Source: a virus
Taxonomy: Duplodnaviria > Caudoviricetes
Virus record (IMG/VR): IMGVR_UViG_3300021256_000066
Span: 1-64,000 of that record
DNA: 64,000 bases
Direction: 5' to 3' (one strand)
Shown here one piece after another: positions 1 to 8,456 of the stretch. The stretch's first letter is position 1; every line of letters starts with the position of its first letter. A program made the translations under genes and the position numbers. Under the pieces are notes generated by a model. That model did no database searches. It was not told the DNA's origin and was given only the letters and a program-made list of their open reading frames with translations.

Positions 1-154
1 CGTCGGCCACGGCTCCGTCAAGGCCGAGCACCGACGGCAGCGACGGCTGGGATGATGACCCGACAGCCCCCGGCGCAGGCGAATATCTTTGGAACTACGA
101 GAAAGTTACCTATACCGACGGCTCCGTCTTCCGCTCAGAAGTCCAACTCATCGG
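1..154 (+). repeat. Intragenic direct repeat, copy 1 (copy 2 at 889..1042)
   Basis: 152/154 nt identical to 889..1042, in frame (offset 888 nt). Both mismatches are synonymous. Confidence 0.95.
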
Positions 155-2072
155 ACATGTGGGCAAGGACGGGCAGAGCATCACGAAGAAGAGCGAGTCG
201 TATCGCTATGCGACGAACAACACCGGCACAAGGCCTGCGGCATCATCGTCGGACTGGAAGACCACGAAGCCGACGCTGCAGAAAGGCTACTGGCTCTACA
301 CCGAGACTACAATCACCTGGAGCGACAACTCGACCACCGTGCTCTACACCGACGAGCGCAACCCGAACGACGGTGTGGCCGGTCAGGATATCATCGTTGA
401 TGGCTCGACAGAGATGAAGTACTACGTGGGCGACTCGAACACGTCGCACCCTGCCGAGTCGAGCTCAGACTGGAAGGACCTGTCGCAGGTTACGCAGACG
501 CAGGGCAAGTGGCTCTGGTCGAAGGCCACCACCTACTACCGCAAGGCTTCGTCAGCAGCGGGCAGCAAGGATGCCGGTCATTCGGTGAACTACAACGTGA
601 GCTACATCTCGAAGGACGGTGCCGCAGGTCGTGCCGTAACAGGAATCACGGAATACTACAAGGCCACCAACAGCAACGCCGAGATGCCTGTGCCTACGAG
701 CGACAGCGGATGGAGTACCAACCCGAACGTGTCGAACTGGGGTGCCAATGCCAAGTACTTGTGGAACTATGAGAAGGTAACATACTCAAGCGGCACCACC
801 GTGGAGCGCACCAAGCCGCAGATCGTGGCCATCTGGACGAAGGACGGCAAGGGTATCGACTCCATCACCAACTACTATAAGATCACCTCGTCGGCCACGG
901 CTCCGTCAAGGCCGAGCACCGACGGCAGCGACGGCTGGGATGATGACCCGACAGCCCCCGGCGCAGGCGAATATCTTTGGAACTACGAGAAAGTTACCTA
1001 TACCGACGGCTCCGTATTCCGCTCAGAAGTGCAACTCATCGGCTACGTCGGAAAGAATGGTGCCAGCGGGAAGGACGGACGCGACGGTGTAGATGGCAAG
1101 GACGGCAAGGACGGATCCCCAGGCCATGTAGGCCGTTGGTACTACTTCGCTGGCGACTGGAATGCCACTACAGAGTATAAGTTTGAGGCAACGAAGGCTC
1201 CCTACGTGAAGCGCGGCAGCAACTACTATATGCTCGACTGCGCCGCATGGGCGAGCACCCAGCAGTCGTCGGCGACCTATATTGCAAAGGGCTCTGATAC
1301 AGATCCCGCCAGCCACAGCAGCGGCAACCCGTGGAGCCCGATGACAGCCGTGTTCAAGTACATCATCACCGAGGCTATCTTTTCTGGTTATGCACATCTC
1401 GGCTCGTTCATCATCAACGGTGACTGGATGATTTCGCAATGCGGCATGCTGAAATACTACACGAGTAGTGCACAGACGCTTATCGTCACTTCCGATAACT
1501 GTAATACCAAAGTCGGAAGTGGTGTTCCGTATTCCTACTTCAAGAACTCAGACCCGACGGGCAAAGATACTCCAATAACAGGTGCCGAATCGTCGTGGCG
1601 ATTTATACCATCATTCGCCGTGGACGGCAAGACGGGCAAGACGTATCAGAACGATGCGTATGTGAAGGGTACTATCAATGCGACGAGCGGCGTGATATCG
1701 GGTAATGTCGATGTAGGTACTACTGGCAATAAGATGCAGATATATGCAGACGAAACTGTGGGATTTTACAAGAGATCTGGCATAAAAGGCATGAGTGGCG
1801 GAACCACGATGCTGGACCTTGGGTTTGGTGACAACAACTATCCGACACTCAGTCTGAGCGCACCGACATGGGCTGGCTCGCCTGGGACAACGCTTTATCC
1901 TGGATTTGCCAGATATTTCTACGGTAACGGTTCTACAATAGAGATAGGAGCGAACCCAAACGGGAAAATACATATTTGGGCATCACCAAGCGATTGGCCG
2001 TCGCGTGACCAGGCAAGTATCGGTGAAGTCTTTGTCGGTGACGATGAAATCCTCCGTGTGAGGCTTAGCTAA
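1..2072 (+). CDS. Tail fibre / tail-tip protein, 5'-truncated (frame open from base 3)
   Basis: The frame of ORF 159..2072 is open back to the window edge. It has repeated YLWNYEKVTYTDG-type beta modules, a short collagen-like G-x-D run (GKDGRDGVDGKDGKDG) and lies before other tail-associated genes. Confidence 0.75.
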   Translation, partial: SATAPSRPSTDGSDGWDDDPTAPGAGEYLWNYEKVTYTDGSVFRSEVQLIGHVGKDGQSITKKSESYRYATNNTGTRPAASSSDWKTTKPTLQKGYWLYTETTITWSDNSTTVLYTDERNPNDGVAGQDIIVDGSTEMKYYVGDSNTSHPAESSSDWKDLSQVTQTQGKWLWSKATTYYRKASSAAGSKDAGHSVNYNVSYISKDGAAGRAVTGITEYYKATNSNAEMPVPTSDSGWSTNPNVSNWGANAKYLWNYEKVTYSSGTTVERTKPQIVAIWTKDGKGIDSITNYYKITSSATAPSRPSTDGSDGWDDDPTAPGAGEYLWNYEKVTYTDGSVFRSEVQLIGYVGKNGASGKDGRDGVDGKDGKDGSPGHVGRWYYFAGDWNATTEYKFEATKAPYVKRGSNYYMLDCAAWASTQQSSATYIAKGSDTDPASHSSGNPWSPMTAVFKYIITEAIFSGYAHLGSFIINGDWMISQCGMLKYYTSSAQTLIVTSDNCNTKVGSGVPYSYFKNSDPTGKDTPITGAESSWRFIPSFAVDGKTGKTYQNDAYVKGTINATSGVISGNVDVGTTGNKMQIYADETVGFYKRSGIKGMSGGTTMLDLGFGDNNYPTLSLSAPTWAGSPGTTLYPGFARYFYGNGSTIEIGANPNGKIHIWASPSDWPSRDQASIGEVFVGDDEILRVRLS
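889..1042 (+). repeat. Intragenic direct repeat, copy 2
   Basis: See 1..154. Confidence 0.95.
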
Positions 2073-2081
2073 CCCGGCGGT

Positions 2082-2115
2082 TGTCCTAAATTTTTTCGGA
2101 CAGAATTTAATTTTG
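2082..2115 (+). promoter_or_regulatory. Putative phage late promoter (GTCC-N20-TAATTTTG)
   Basis: Bacteroidota -7 box TAnnTTTG preceded by the recurrent GTCCC-like box. Confidence 0.55.
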
Positions 2116-2141
2116 TAGCACAGAAAACAAGAAACAAGACT

Positions 2142-3218
2142 ATGGCAGTAACAGAACAATTCCGCGAACAGTGGCTCGAATGCCAGGAAGAGTACGGTAA
2201 GAACATCGAGGCTGGCGATATGCCGGTGATCGGCTACGGCGAGGTGGACGAGACCATCTCGCTGCCAGCCGTGAAATTCACCGCGCCCTTCAACCCCGAC
2301 GGCACCAACGTGTTCGACAGCTATGCCCACGTGCCGATGAAGACCTTTAAGAAGCGCATCGACGACCTGGCCGGCGAGGTGAGCGAGGCCACCAGCGACC
2401 TGCAGAAGGTGAAGCAGGACGCCATTGCCGCCACCGACGATGCCATCGAGGCCACAGAGAATGCCGAGGCAGCCACGACGGCGGCAACGAACGTGAATGC
2501 CGACCTGACGGGCATGACCGTGACCATCACCAACCGTCAGGGCGTCTCGAAGTCGGTGAACATCGGCTTCGAGATCCTGCAGGAGCACGTCTATCCAAGC
2601 GTCGCGGCCATGAATGCCGATGCAGCCAACGTGCGGGCAGGACAGTTCTGTATGATTGCCACCACCGACCCCACCTCGCCCGACAACGCGCAGCTCTGGA
2701 GCCGTAACTCGTCGCCCGCATCGTCGGACAAGCCGTTCACCTTCCTCTCTGACCTCGACCAGGCATCCTCAGCCGCCTTTGCCGACTGGCTCAACAACTA
2801 CAAGCCCGTGATCGAGGCCGACCACACCCGTGCCGAGAATGACCACTCGACAGCCAGCAGCGACCATACGAAGGCTTCCACCGACCACCAGACGGCCACC
2901 ACCGACCACCAGACCGCCACCACCGACCACCGCATATCGGCACAGCAGCAGGCAACATTCGAGACCAACGAGGCCGCACGACAGCAGACGTTCGACACCG
3001 ACGAGGCCAACCGCCAGACGACCTTCGACACCAACGAGAAAGCTCGGCAGGACACCTTCGTGAACAACGAGCAGGAGCGCATATCGGCCATGACAGTCAC
3101 CCGCTGCTTCGTCGATCTAAAGACCATGCACCTGATGTTCGTCCAGCCCGAGAGCGACTCCACGCAGTACAAGGTGCGCCGAGGCAGACTGAAAATTATC
3201 ACCACTTACAACACATAA
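2142..3218 (+). CDS. Tail-associated coiled-coil protein with xDHxxAx heptad and 11-residue repeats
   Basis: 358-aa ORF with AT-rich leader; repeats TDHQTAT and ARQQTFDTDEA. Confidence 0.7.
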   Translation: MAVTEQFREQWLECQEEYGKNIEAGDMPVIGYGEVDETISLPAVKFTAPFNPDGTNVFDSYAHVPMKTFKKRIDDLAGEVSEATSDLQKVKQDAIAATDDAIEATENAEAATTAATNVNADLTGMTVTITNRQGVSKSVNIGFEILQEHVYPSVAAMNADAANVRAGQFCMIATTDPTSPDNAQLWSRNSSPASSDKPFTFLSDLDQASSAAFADWLNNYKPVIEADHTRAENDHSTASSDHTKASTDHQTATTDHQTATTDHRISAQQQATFETNEAARQQTFDTDEANRQTTFDTNEKARQDTFVNNEQERISAMTVTRCFVDLKTMHLMFVQPESDSTQYKVRRGRLKIITTYNT

Positions 3219-3230
3219 AAGCAACAGACT

Positions 3231-4046
3231 ATGGCAGTACAGACAAAGATTACAGACGTAGGACCTACAGGACTCATCCCGATGGGCGACTACAATCCAT
3301 CAGCCACCTACTCGCTGCTGATGACCGTCCTCTATAACCACGACTCATGGGTGTGCATCGCCATGACCCCAGAGGGCGACGCGAAGCAGATCACGGGTAT
3401 TGCCCCCGACGACCCCACACGAGGGGCGGAGAACTGGCAGGCACTCACCGACGGAGGCCGCGCAGCAGTGGCAGTGGCAGGGCAGGTGCGATCGGAGTTC
3501 AACGACTGGTTCGGAGCTACCGCCTCAGAGGGCATCCGCAGGACAGTCAGCGACTGGTTCGCCACCGTACAGAACGCATGGAGCACCTGGTTCTCGCAGA
3601 CCAAGACCGAGTGGACAAGCTGGCTGAACAATACGAAGACGGCATGGACAGACTGGTTCAACAGCGTGAAGAGCGCCTGGACATCGTGGTTCGGCGCCGA
3701 CGCCACCAGCGGCGTGCAGAAGCAGTGGGCTACGCTGAAGGCCGACTCGACCGCCGCCACCAGCCGCGCCAACACCGCAGCCGCCACCGCAGAGGCATGG
3801 AACCAGCACCCGCCCTACATCGGCGACGGCACGACGGGCGACCTGAACTACTGGTATCTCTACGATGTCACCACGCGGCAGTACATCAAAGGCCCCTACG
3901 CCAAGGGTAACGACCTGGACTACGACGACATGACCCCCGAGGAGAAGCAGCGGCTGATAGACAACATCAAGGCCGACCTCGTTTTCGCCTCAGACGCCGA
4001 CTGCGAGGCCGCCGCCGAGGAGATTATCTTCACCCCACAGGCATAG
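3231..4046 (+). CDS. Tail-associated protein with Trp-rich 11-residue repeats
   Basis: 271-aa ORF; WSTWFSQTKTE/WTSWLNNTKTA/WTDWFNSVKSA repeats; PYIG..WY..D short fibre motif. Confidence 0.7.
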   Translation: MAVQTKITDVGPTGLIPMGDYNPSATYSLLMTVLYNHDSWVCIAMTPEGDAKQITGIAPDDPTRGAENWQALTDGGRAAVAVAGQVRSEFNDWFGATASEGIRRTVSDWFATVQNAWSTWFSQTKTEWTSWLNNTKTAWTDWFNSVKSAWTSWFGADATSGVQKQWATLKADSTAATSRANTAAATAEAWNQHPPYIGDGTTGDLNYWYLYDVTTRQYIKGPYAKGNDLDYDDMTPEEKQRLIDNIKADLVFASDADCEAAAEEIIFTPQA

Positions 4047-4048
4047 TC

Positions 4049-4083
4049 TGTCCCAAAACGAAAACAAGGTTTTTATATCTTTG
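4049..4083 (+). promoter_or_regulatory. Putative phage late promoter (TGTCCC-N21-TATCTTTG)
   Basis: Motif recurs about 13 times in the window. Confidence 0.65.
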
Positions 4084-4107
4084 AACCAACAAAACAGACA
4101 AACGAAT

Positions 4108-4410
4108 ATGGCAACAAAGCAAGACTATCCAAGCTACCTGCCCGACGACTTCAAGGGGCTCGACTCTATTCAGGAGGGCAATCAGCGCTACTACTACAAG
4201 ACCGAGGACGGTCAGCACAAGCTCATCGGCTCTATCGTAGGCAAGCGCCACCTCGTCATCCGCTTCCCAGAGGGCTCGACCATCGACGTGGTGCCGCCCA
4301 ACTCTGTCGGCACCGAACAGCTGATCGACGGGGGCGTGAAGCATGCAGACCTCGACCCCGAAATCGAAGCGGGCGACGGCGACATCGACAGCATCTTCAA
4401 CCAACAGTAA
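4108..4410 (+). CDS. Small tail-associated protein
   Basis: ATG at 4108 after an A-rich leader; NSVGTEQLIDGGVKHADL fibre-type motif; C-terminal DIDSIF shared with 4720..5610. Confidence 0.65.
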   Translation: MATKQDYPSYLPDDFKGLDSIQEGNQRYYYKTEDGQHKLIGSIVGKRHLVIRFPEGSTIDVVPPNSVGTEQLIDGGVKHADLDPEIEAGDGDIDSIFNQQ

Positions 4411-4422
4411 GGCGATATATAT

Positions 4423-4665
4423 ATGAAACAGAAGGAAATCGAACTCTACCGACGCGACGACGGCTTCTATGCCGCCCGACAACTGAAGGATGGGTCATTG
4501 AGTGCCGATGCCCACAAGGTGACAGCCGAGGAAATCATGACGATGTTCACCGAGTTCTTCGGCGACTACTGCCGCGAGACGGGCGACCAGAAGCTGCTGA
4601 TGCAGGACGCCGAGGGCAGGCTGTTCGTCACCATGCGCGTAGAGCCCAAACCAACACAGAAATGA
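4423..4665 (+). CDS. Hypothetical protein
   Basis: 80-aa ORF in operon context. Confidence 0.6.
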   Translation: MKQKEIELYRRDDGFYAARQLKDGSLSADAHKVTAEEIMTMFTEFFGDYCRETGDQKLLMQDAEGRLFVTMRVEPKPTQK

Positions 4666-4719
4666 GACTGAATCTCAGCATAGTTCACTGATTTATTAAC
4701 ACAAAAATTTGTTTGCATC

Positions 4720-5610
4720 ATGGCAATTACAAATCCAACAAAGTACGTTAGCGTACAAAGACTGAGCCGCTTCGAGGTTAAGCTCGCTCAGAAGTATCAG
4801 ACCCAGGCCATCGCAGCCATCACAGGTCTTAGTGCAGAAACCGTAGAGGCAGCGCTCGCCGAGTTGCTCGGTAAGATTCAGGCCCTGCCAAGCGCCGTCG
4901 TCCCCAAGGGAACGAAGGCGTTCGCAGGACTGACACCAGCCACCGACCTCGCAGCCGCCAACGTCGGCTTCATGTGGAACATCAGCGACGCTTTCACCAC
5001 CACGGCTGACTTCGCCGAGGGCGCAGGCCATAGCATCCCCGCAGGAGCCAACGTCTATGTAGCCAACGTCGGCACCGCCGAGACACCTGACTACAAGTAC
5101 GACATCTTCCAGGGTATGTACGACCTCTCCGGCTATGCCCTGAAGAGCGAGATGAGCATCACCGACGGTACGGGTGCAGATGCCGACAAGACCACCATCC
5201 AGCTGAAGAGCGGTCTGTCGAAGCAGGTGCTCATCGCCCACCAGGACATCAGCGGCAAGGCCGACAAGGTGGACGGCGCTGTGGCTGGCAACTTCGCAGG
5301 TCTCGACGCCAACGGCAACCTCGTTGACTCTGGCAAGAAGGCCGCCGACTTCCAGGAGGCCGGTGACTACAAGACCACGCAGGCTCCTGTCAGCGATCCG
5401 ACAGCCGACGGCACTGGCATCGAGTTCATCGACAGCATTTCCCAGAATGCCAACGGTGAGATTACTCCTCACAAGAAGTCCGTGCAGACGGTCAGCGCAT
5501 CTACCGCTGGCGTGGGCGGTCAGGCCGGTCTGATGGCTGCTGCCGACAAGGAGAAGCTCGACCTGCTGCTGGAGTGCTCCGACGATGACATCGACAGCAT
5601 CTTCGCTTAA
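4720..5610 (+). CDS. Fibre/decoration-like virion protein
   Basis: 296 aa; HQDISGKADK, GNFAGLDANGNLVDSG and AGLMAAADKEKLD motifs typical of phage fibre proteins. Confidence 0.7.
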   Translation: MAITNPTKYVSVQRLSRFEVKLAQKYQTQAIAAITGLSAETVEAALAELLGKIQALPSAVVPKGTKAFAGLTPATDLAAANVGFMWNISDAFTTTADFAEGAGHSIPAGANVYVANVGTAETPDYKYDIFQGMYDLSGYALKSEMSITDGTGADADKTTIQLKSGLSKQVLIAHQDISGKADKVDGAVAGNFAGLDANGNLVDSGKKAADFQEAGDYKTTQAPVSDPTADGTGIEFIDSISQNANGEITPHKKSVQTVSASTAGVGGQAGLMAAADKEKLDLLLECSDDDIDSIFA

Positions 5611-5680
5611 TCTCTCTATCGGGTGCAGGGGGTTCGACTCCCCCTGCGCTTGCTAATCACCAACAAAACAAAGAAAGATT

Positions 5681-5836
5681 ATGGCAGTAACGAATCCAAA
5701 CAAGTATGTGACCGTGCGACGGCTCAATCGGTTCCGTCAGAAAATCAAGGCCGAGATGCCTTCGTCCACCGTCGCCAGCGAAGAACTCTGCGCAGCGGCA
5801 GCAGCCGAGATAGCATTCGTGCCGGAGCAAGAATAG
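5681..5836 (+). CDS. 51-aa protein missing from the ORF track (MAVTNPNKYVTVRRLNRFRQK...)
   Basis: AAAGATT-ATG leader. N-terminus is paralogous to 4720..5610 and C-terminus resembles that of 3231..4046. Confidence 0.7.
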   Translation: MAVTNPNKYVTVRRLNRFRQKIKAEMPSSTVASEELCAAAAAEIAFVPEQE

Positions 5837-5858
5837 TCAAATTTTAAAACATAAGAAT

Positions 5859-6188
5859 ATGCCACAGAACAGTATTACACCAGAACAGAAGGGACAGGCC
5901 GTCAACCTCGGCGGCATGATGGCCCACGTAGAGACGGTGATGCAGCGCTTCAACAGAGAGGTGACGCAGCCCGGACTACAAGGAAAGGTGGATGATGTCA
6001 CCTTCGACTCGTCCACTGGCGAGCTCCGCCGCACTAAGAACGGCACCAGTGCCAAGGTGTGCGACGTCGTGACCAGCGGATTCCGCATCACGCAGGACGA
6101 CGAGAACGGTATCGACGTCTTCACGGCGGTAGGCAGCGCCACCATCACCGATGACGATACGAACGGTATAGTCAATTTCAATTTCTAA
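5859..6188 (+). CDS. Hypothetical tail-associated protein
   Basis: 109-aa ORF in operon directly before the DGR target. Confidence 0.65.
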   Translation: MPQNSITPEQKGQAVNLGGMMAHVETVMQRFNREVTQPGLQGKVDDVTFDSSTGELRRTKNGTSAKVCDVVTSGFRITQDDENGIDVFTAVGSATITDDDTNGIVNFNF

Positions 6189-6203
6189 TAAACAGCAAAG
6201 ACT

Positions 6204-7271
6204 ATGGCAACAATCACAACAGACAAGAGAACCGAGCGCGTAGGAATCTCCATCAACGGCTCAACCAAAACATTAGCCGACGAGAAGGCGCGTGCAGAAA
6301 TCAACAAGATCTTCACCGACCTGGCCTATGCAGGGCAGGGCATCGGCACGTGCACGACGGCCGCCACCACGGCGGCCAAGACCGTGGCCATCTCCAACTT
6401 CCTGCTGCTTAAGAACAGCATCATCGCCGTGCGCTTCACGGCAGGCATACAGGTGGCGGCAGCCACGCTCAACGTGAACTCGCAGGGCGCCAAGCCCATC
6501 TACATCAGCGGCGAGCCCGTGCAGCCTGGCGACATCCGCGCAGGGCAGACGGCAATGATGGCCTACGACGGGTCTCACTGGAACATCACCTCCATCGTGG
6601 GCAATGAGTCGGGCGGCAGCGACCAGGACCTGTATGTTGATATGGGACTGCCCAGCGGACTGCTATGGGCGAAGAAGAACATAGACGCCACGCAGGCCGA
6701 CGGCTTCGCAGCATCGGAGTACCAGTATGAGAGCTCGTTCTTCTCATTTGGCAACGTGGAGCCGCACAACCCCACCAGCAACAGCTCGTTCGCGCCGTAC
6801 TCGTTCGGCTCGTCGAACGACGATGAGCCTTACAAGTCTTCTGCAGGCGCCAAGATAGGCTACCCAGGCAGTGCAGGTCCCAGCCACGACGCGGCACGCA
6901 CCGTGCTCGGTGGCCCCTGGCGTGATCCTGCAACGGAGGACTTCGCAGAGCTGTTCAACAGCAGCTATACAAAGTTCATTGATGCCGACGGCAACGACAT
7001 CGCATCCGACGTTACCAACAAGCTAATCACGATGAACTCCATCGTCGGTATTCGCCTGAAGTCGAAGGTGAACGGTAATATTATTTTCTTTCCTTGCTCA
7101 GGCAACGGCAATGGCTCGTCGTGGTACTATCGCGGCTCGAACGGCAACTACTGGTCTCGCTCGCTCTACTCCGCCGTATACGGTCGGTACTTGTTCTTCT
7201 ACTCTGGTGGTGTCTACCCGCAGAACAACTACAATCGGTTCCTCGGGTTCCCGGTTCGGCCGGTCCAGTAA
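6204..7271 (+). CDS. DGR target protein, putative receptor-binding adhesin with C-terminal C-type-lectin-like variable domain
   Basis: VDMGLPSGLLWAKKNI, G.YWS.S and terminal GFPVRPV motifs; VR occupies the 3' end. Confidence 0.9.
   Translation: MATITTDKRTERVGISINGSTKTLADEKARAEINKIFTDLAYAGQGIGTCTTAATTAAKTVAISNFLLLKNSIIAVRFTAGIQVAAATLNVNSQGAKPIYISGEPVQPGDIRAGQTAMMAYDGSHWNITSIVGNESGGSDQDLYVDMGLPSGLLWAKKNIDATQADGFAASEYQYESSFFSFGNVEPHNPTSNSSFAPYSFGSSNDDEPYKSSAGAKIGYPGSAGPSHDAARTVLGGPWRDPATEDFAELFNSSYTKFIDADGNDIASDVTNKLITMNSIVGIRLKSKVNGNIIFFPCSGNGNGSSWYYRGSNGNYWSRSLYSAVYGRYLFFYSGGVYPQNNYNRFLGFPVRPVQ
7084..7268 (+). repeat. DGR variable repeat (VR) ending in a GC-rich IMH-like segment
   Basis: Aligns ungapped to 8231..8415 (offset 1147) with 12 mismatches at TR adenines and 1 C>A. 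Confidence 0.95.
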
Positions 7272-7300
7272 TACTTCCGACCGAGAGAAAACCAACCAAT

Positions 7301-7371
7301 GTCATCCTGCGCGGCAGTGCTGCGCCGACGCGCCCCCAGCGCGTCACAGCGGCACTGCTGCACGGGATGAC
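7301..7371 (+). promoter_or_regulatory. Long imperfect hairpin downstream of VR (DGR cis element candidate)
   Basis: GTCATCC/GGATGAC, GCAGTGC/GCACTGC and GACGCGC/GCGCGTC pair around a CCCCA loop. Confidence 0.7.
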
Positions 7372-7406
7372 TTCCAACGGATATCATAATATATAAAGGA
7401 AAGAAT

Positions 7407-8042
7407 ATGTCACAGCAACAGCAACCAGAGGAGAAGAAAGGCTTCACCAATCCTGAGATCATGGCCATCGAGGCCGACCGTCAGGACGCTTCGTCGTGGA
7501 ACGTCATCCGCCTGCTGCGCGACGGCGACTACTGGCACGCGAATGAGTGGAGCGGCTGGCTGATGGGCGTGGTGGTGCATAACGAGATGAAGCGCCGCTA
7601 TCCCGACGTGGAGCGCGTGGCACCGAAACCCGTCAAGAAGTACGCCAAGAACATCAATGGCGAATATATCTTCGTGGGCTGTCAGGAGAAGTCGTTCGAC
7701 AAGTACATCCCCAAGGAGATACAGCTGGACTTCAAGCCCGTTGACAACCTGCGCATCGACATCCCCATCGAGCTGCCTGCCGAGATGGCCCCGCTGAGCT
7801 ACGAGCGCCTGCAGCAGATGTTCCTCGAATGGAAGCAGTCGGTGCCGCTGGCAAAGGATAAGAACGGCAGCAAGCAGAAGCCGACGGAAGACGACACACC
7901 TCCGTTTGCCATTACCGACGTTCCGCCAGGACTGATGGCCATTCTCACCAAACTGCTGTCGTTCCCGCTGGCCAGCCGCACACCGCTGCAGGCCCACGAG
8001 TTCGTCGGCGAGTTGCAGAAGGATATCCTCTCGCACCTTTAG
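7407..8042 (+). CDS. DGR accessory protein, MutS N-terminal-like (MSL-type)
   Basis: Lies between target and TR; IRLLRDGDYWHANEWSGWL resembles the MutS-I-like L..eG.Fw.AYe.SA.L signature. Confidence 0.6.
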   Translation: MSQQQQPEEKKGFTNPEIMAIEADRQDASSWNVIRLLRDGDYWHANEWSGWLMGVVVHNEMKRRYPDVERVAPKPVKKYAKNINGEYIFVGCQEKSFDKYIPKEIQLDFKPVDNLRIDIPIELPAEMAPLSYERLQQMFLEWKQSVPLAKDKNGSKQKPTEDDTPPFAITDVPPGLMAILTKLLSFPLASRTPLQAHEFVGELQKDILSHL

Positions 8043-8230
8043 TATATCCATGGCATGGTTGCCAAAACCTCAAATCTCAAACCTCAAACCATAAAGGATG
8101 GTCCGGAAGTATTTCATAGGTCGCCCGTCACTCGCCGTCAGCTCGGCGCGTGAAAAATCAAAGAGCCCGCACGGCCTTGCCCAGCGCAACTCCATGCCCG
8201 CATCGTACCAGGAGGCGACCGTATCCACGT

Positions 8231-8415
8231 TTTTCTTTCCTTGCTCAGGCAACGGCAATGGCTCGTCGTGGAACAATCGCGGCTCGAACGGCAACTACTG
8301 GTCTCGCTCGCTCAACTCCGCCGTCAACGGTCGGAACTTGAACTTCAACTCTGGTGGTGTCAACCCGCAGAACAACAACAATCGGTTCAACGGGTTCCCG
8401 GTTCGGCCGGTCCAG
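8231..8415 (+). ncRNA. DGR template repeat (TR)
   Basis: AAC-rich invariant copy of the VR directly upstream of the RT. Confidence 0.95.
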
Positions 8416-8456
8416 CAATCACTGCGACCATCCTTTCTCTTTTTAAACTCCATTCG

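Noticed and set aside
5623-5649. GGTTCGACTCC T-loop hairpin suggesting a tRNA or att remnant
   Set aside because: No D-arm, anticodon arm or acceptor stem around it; only an isolated hairpin.
8062-8090. Short heptamer/decamer tandem repeats (also 13713, 14641, 21711, 50006)
   Set aside because: Low-complexity repeats with no evidence of specific function here.
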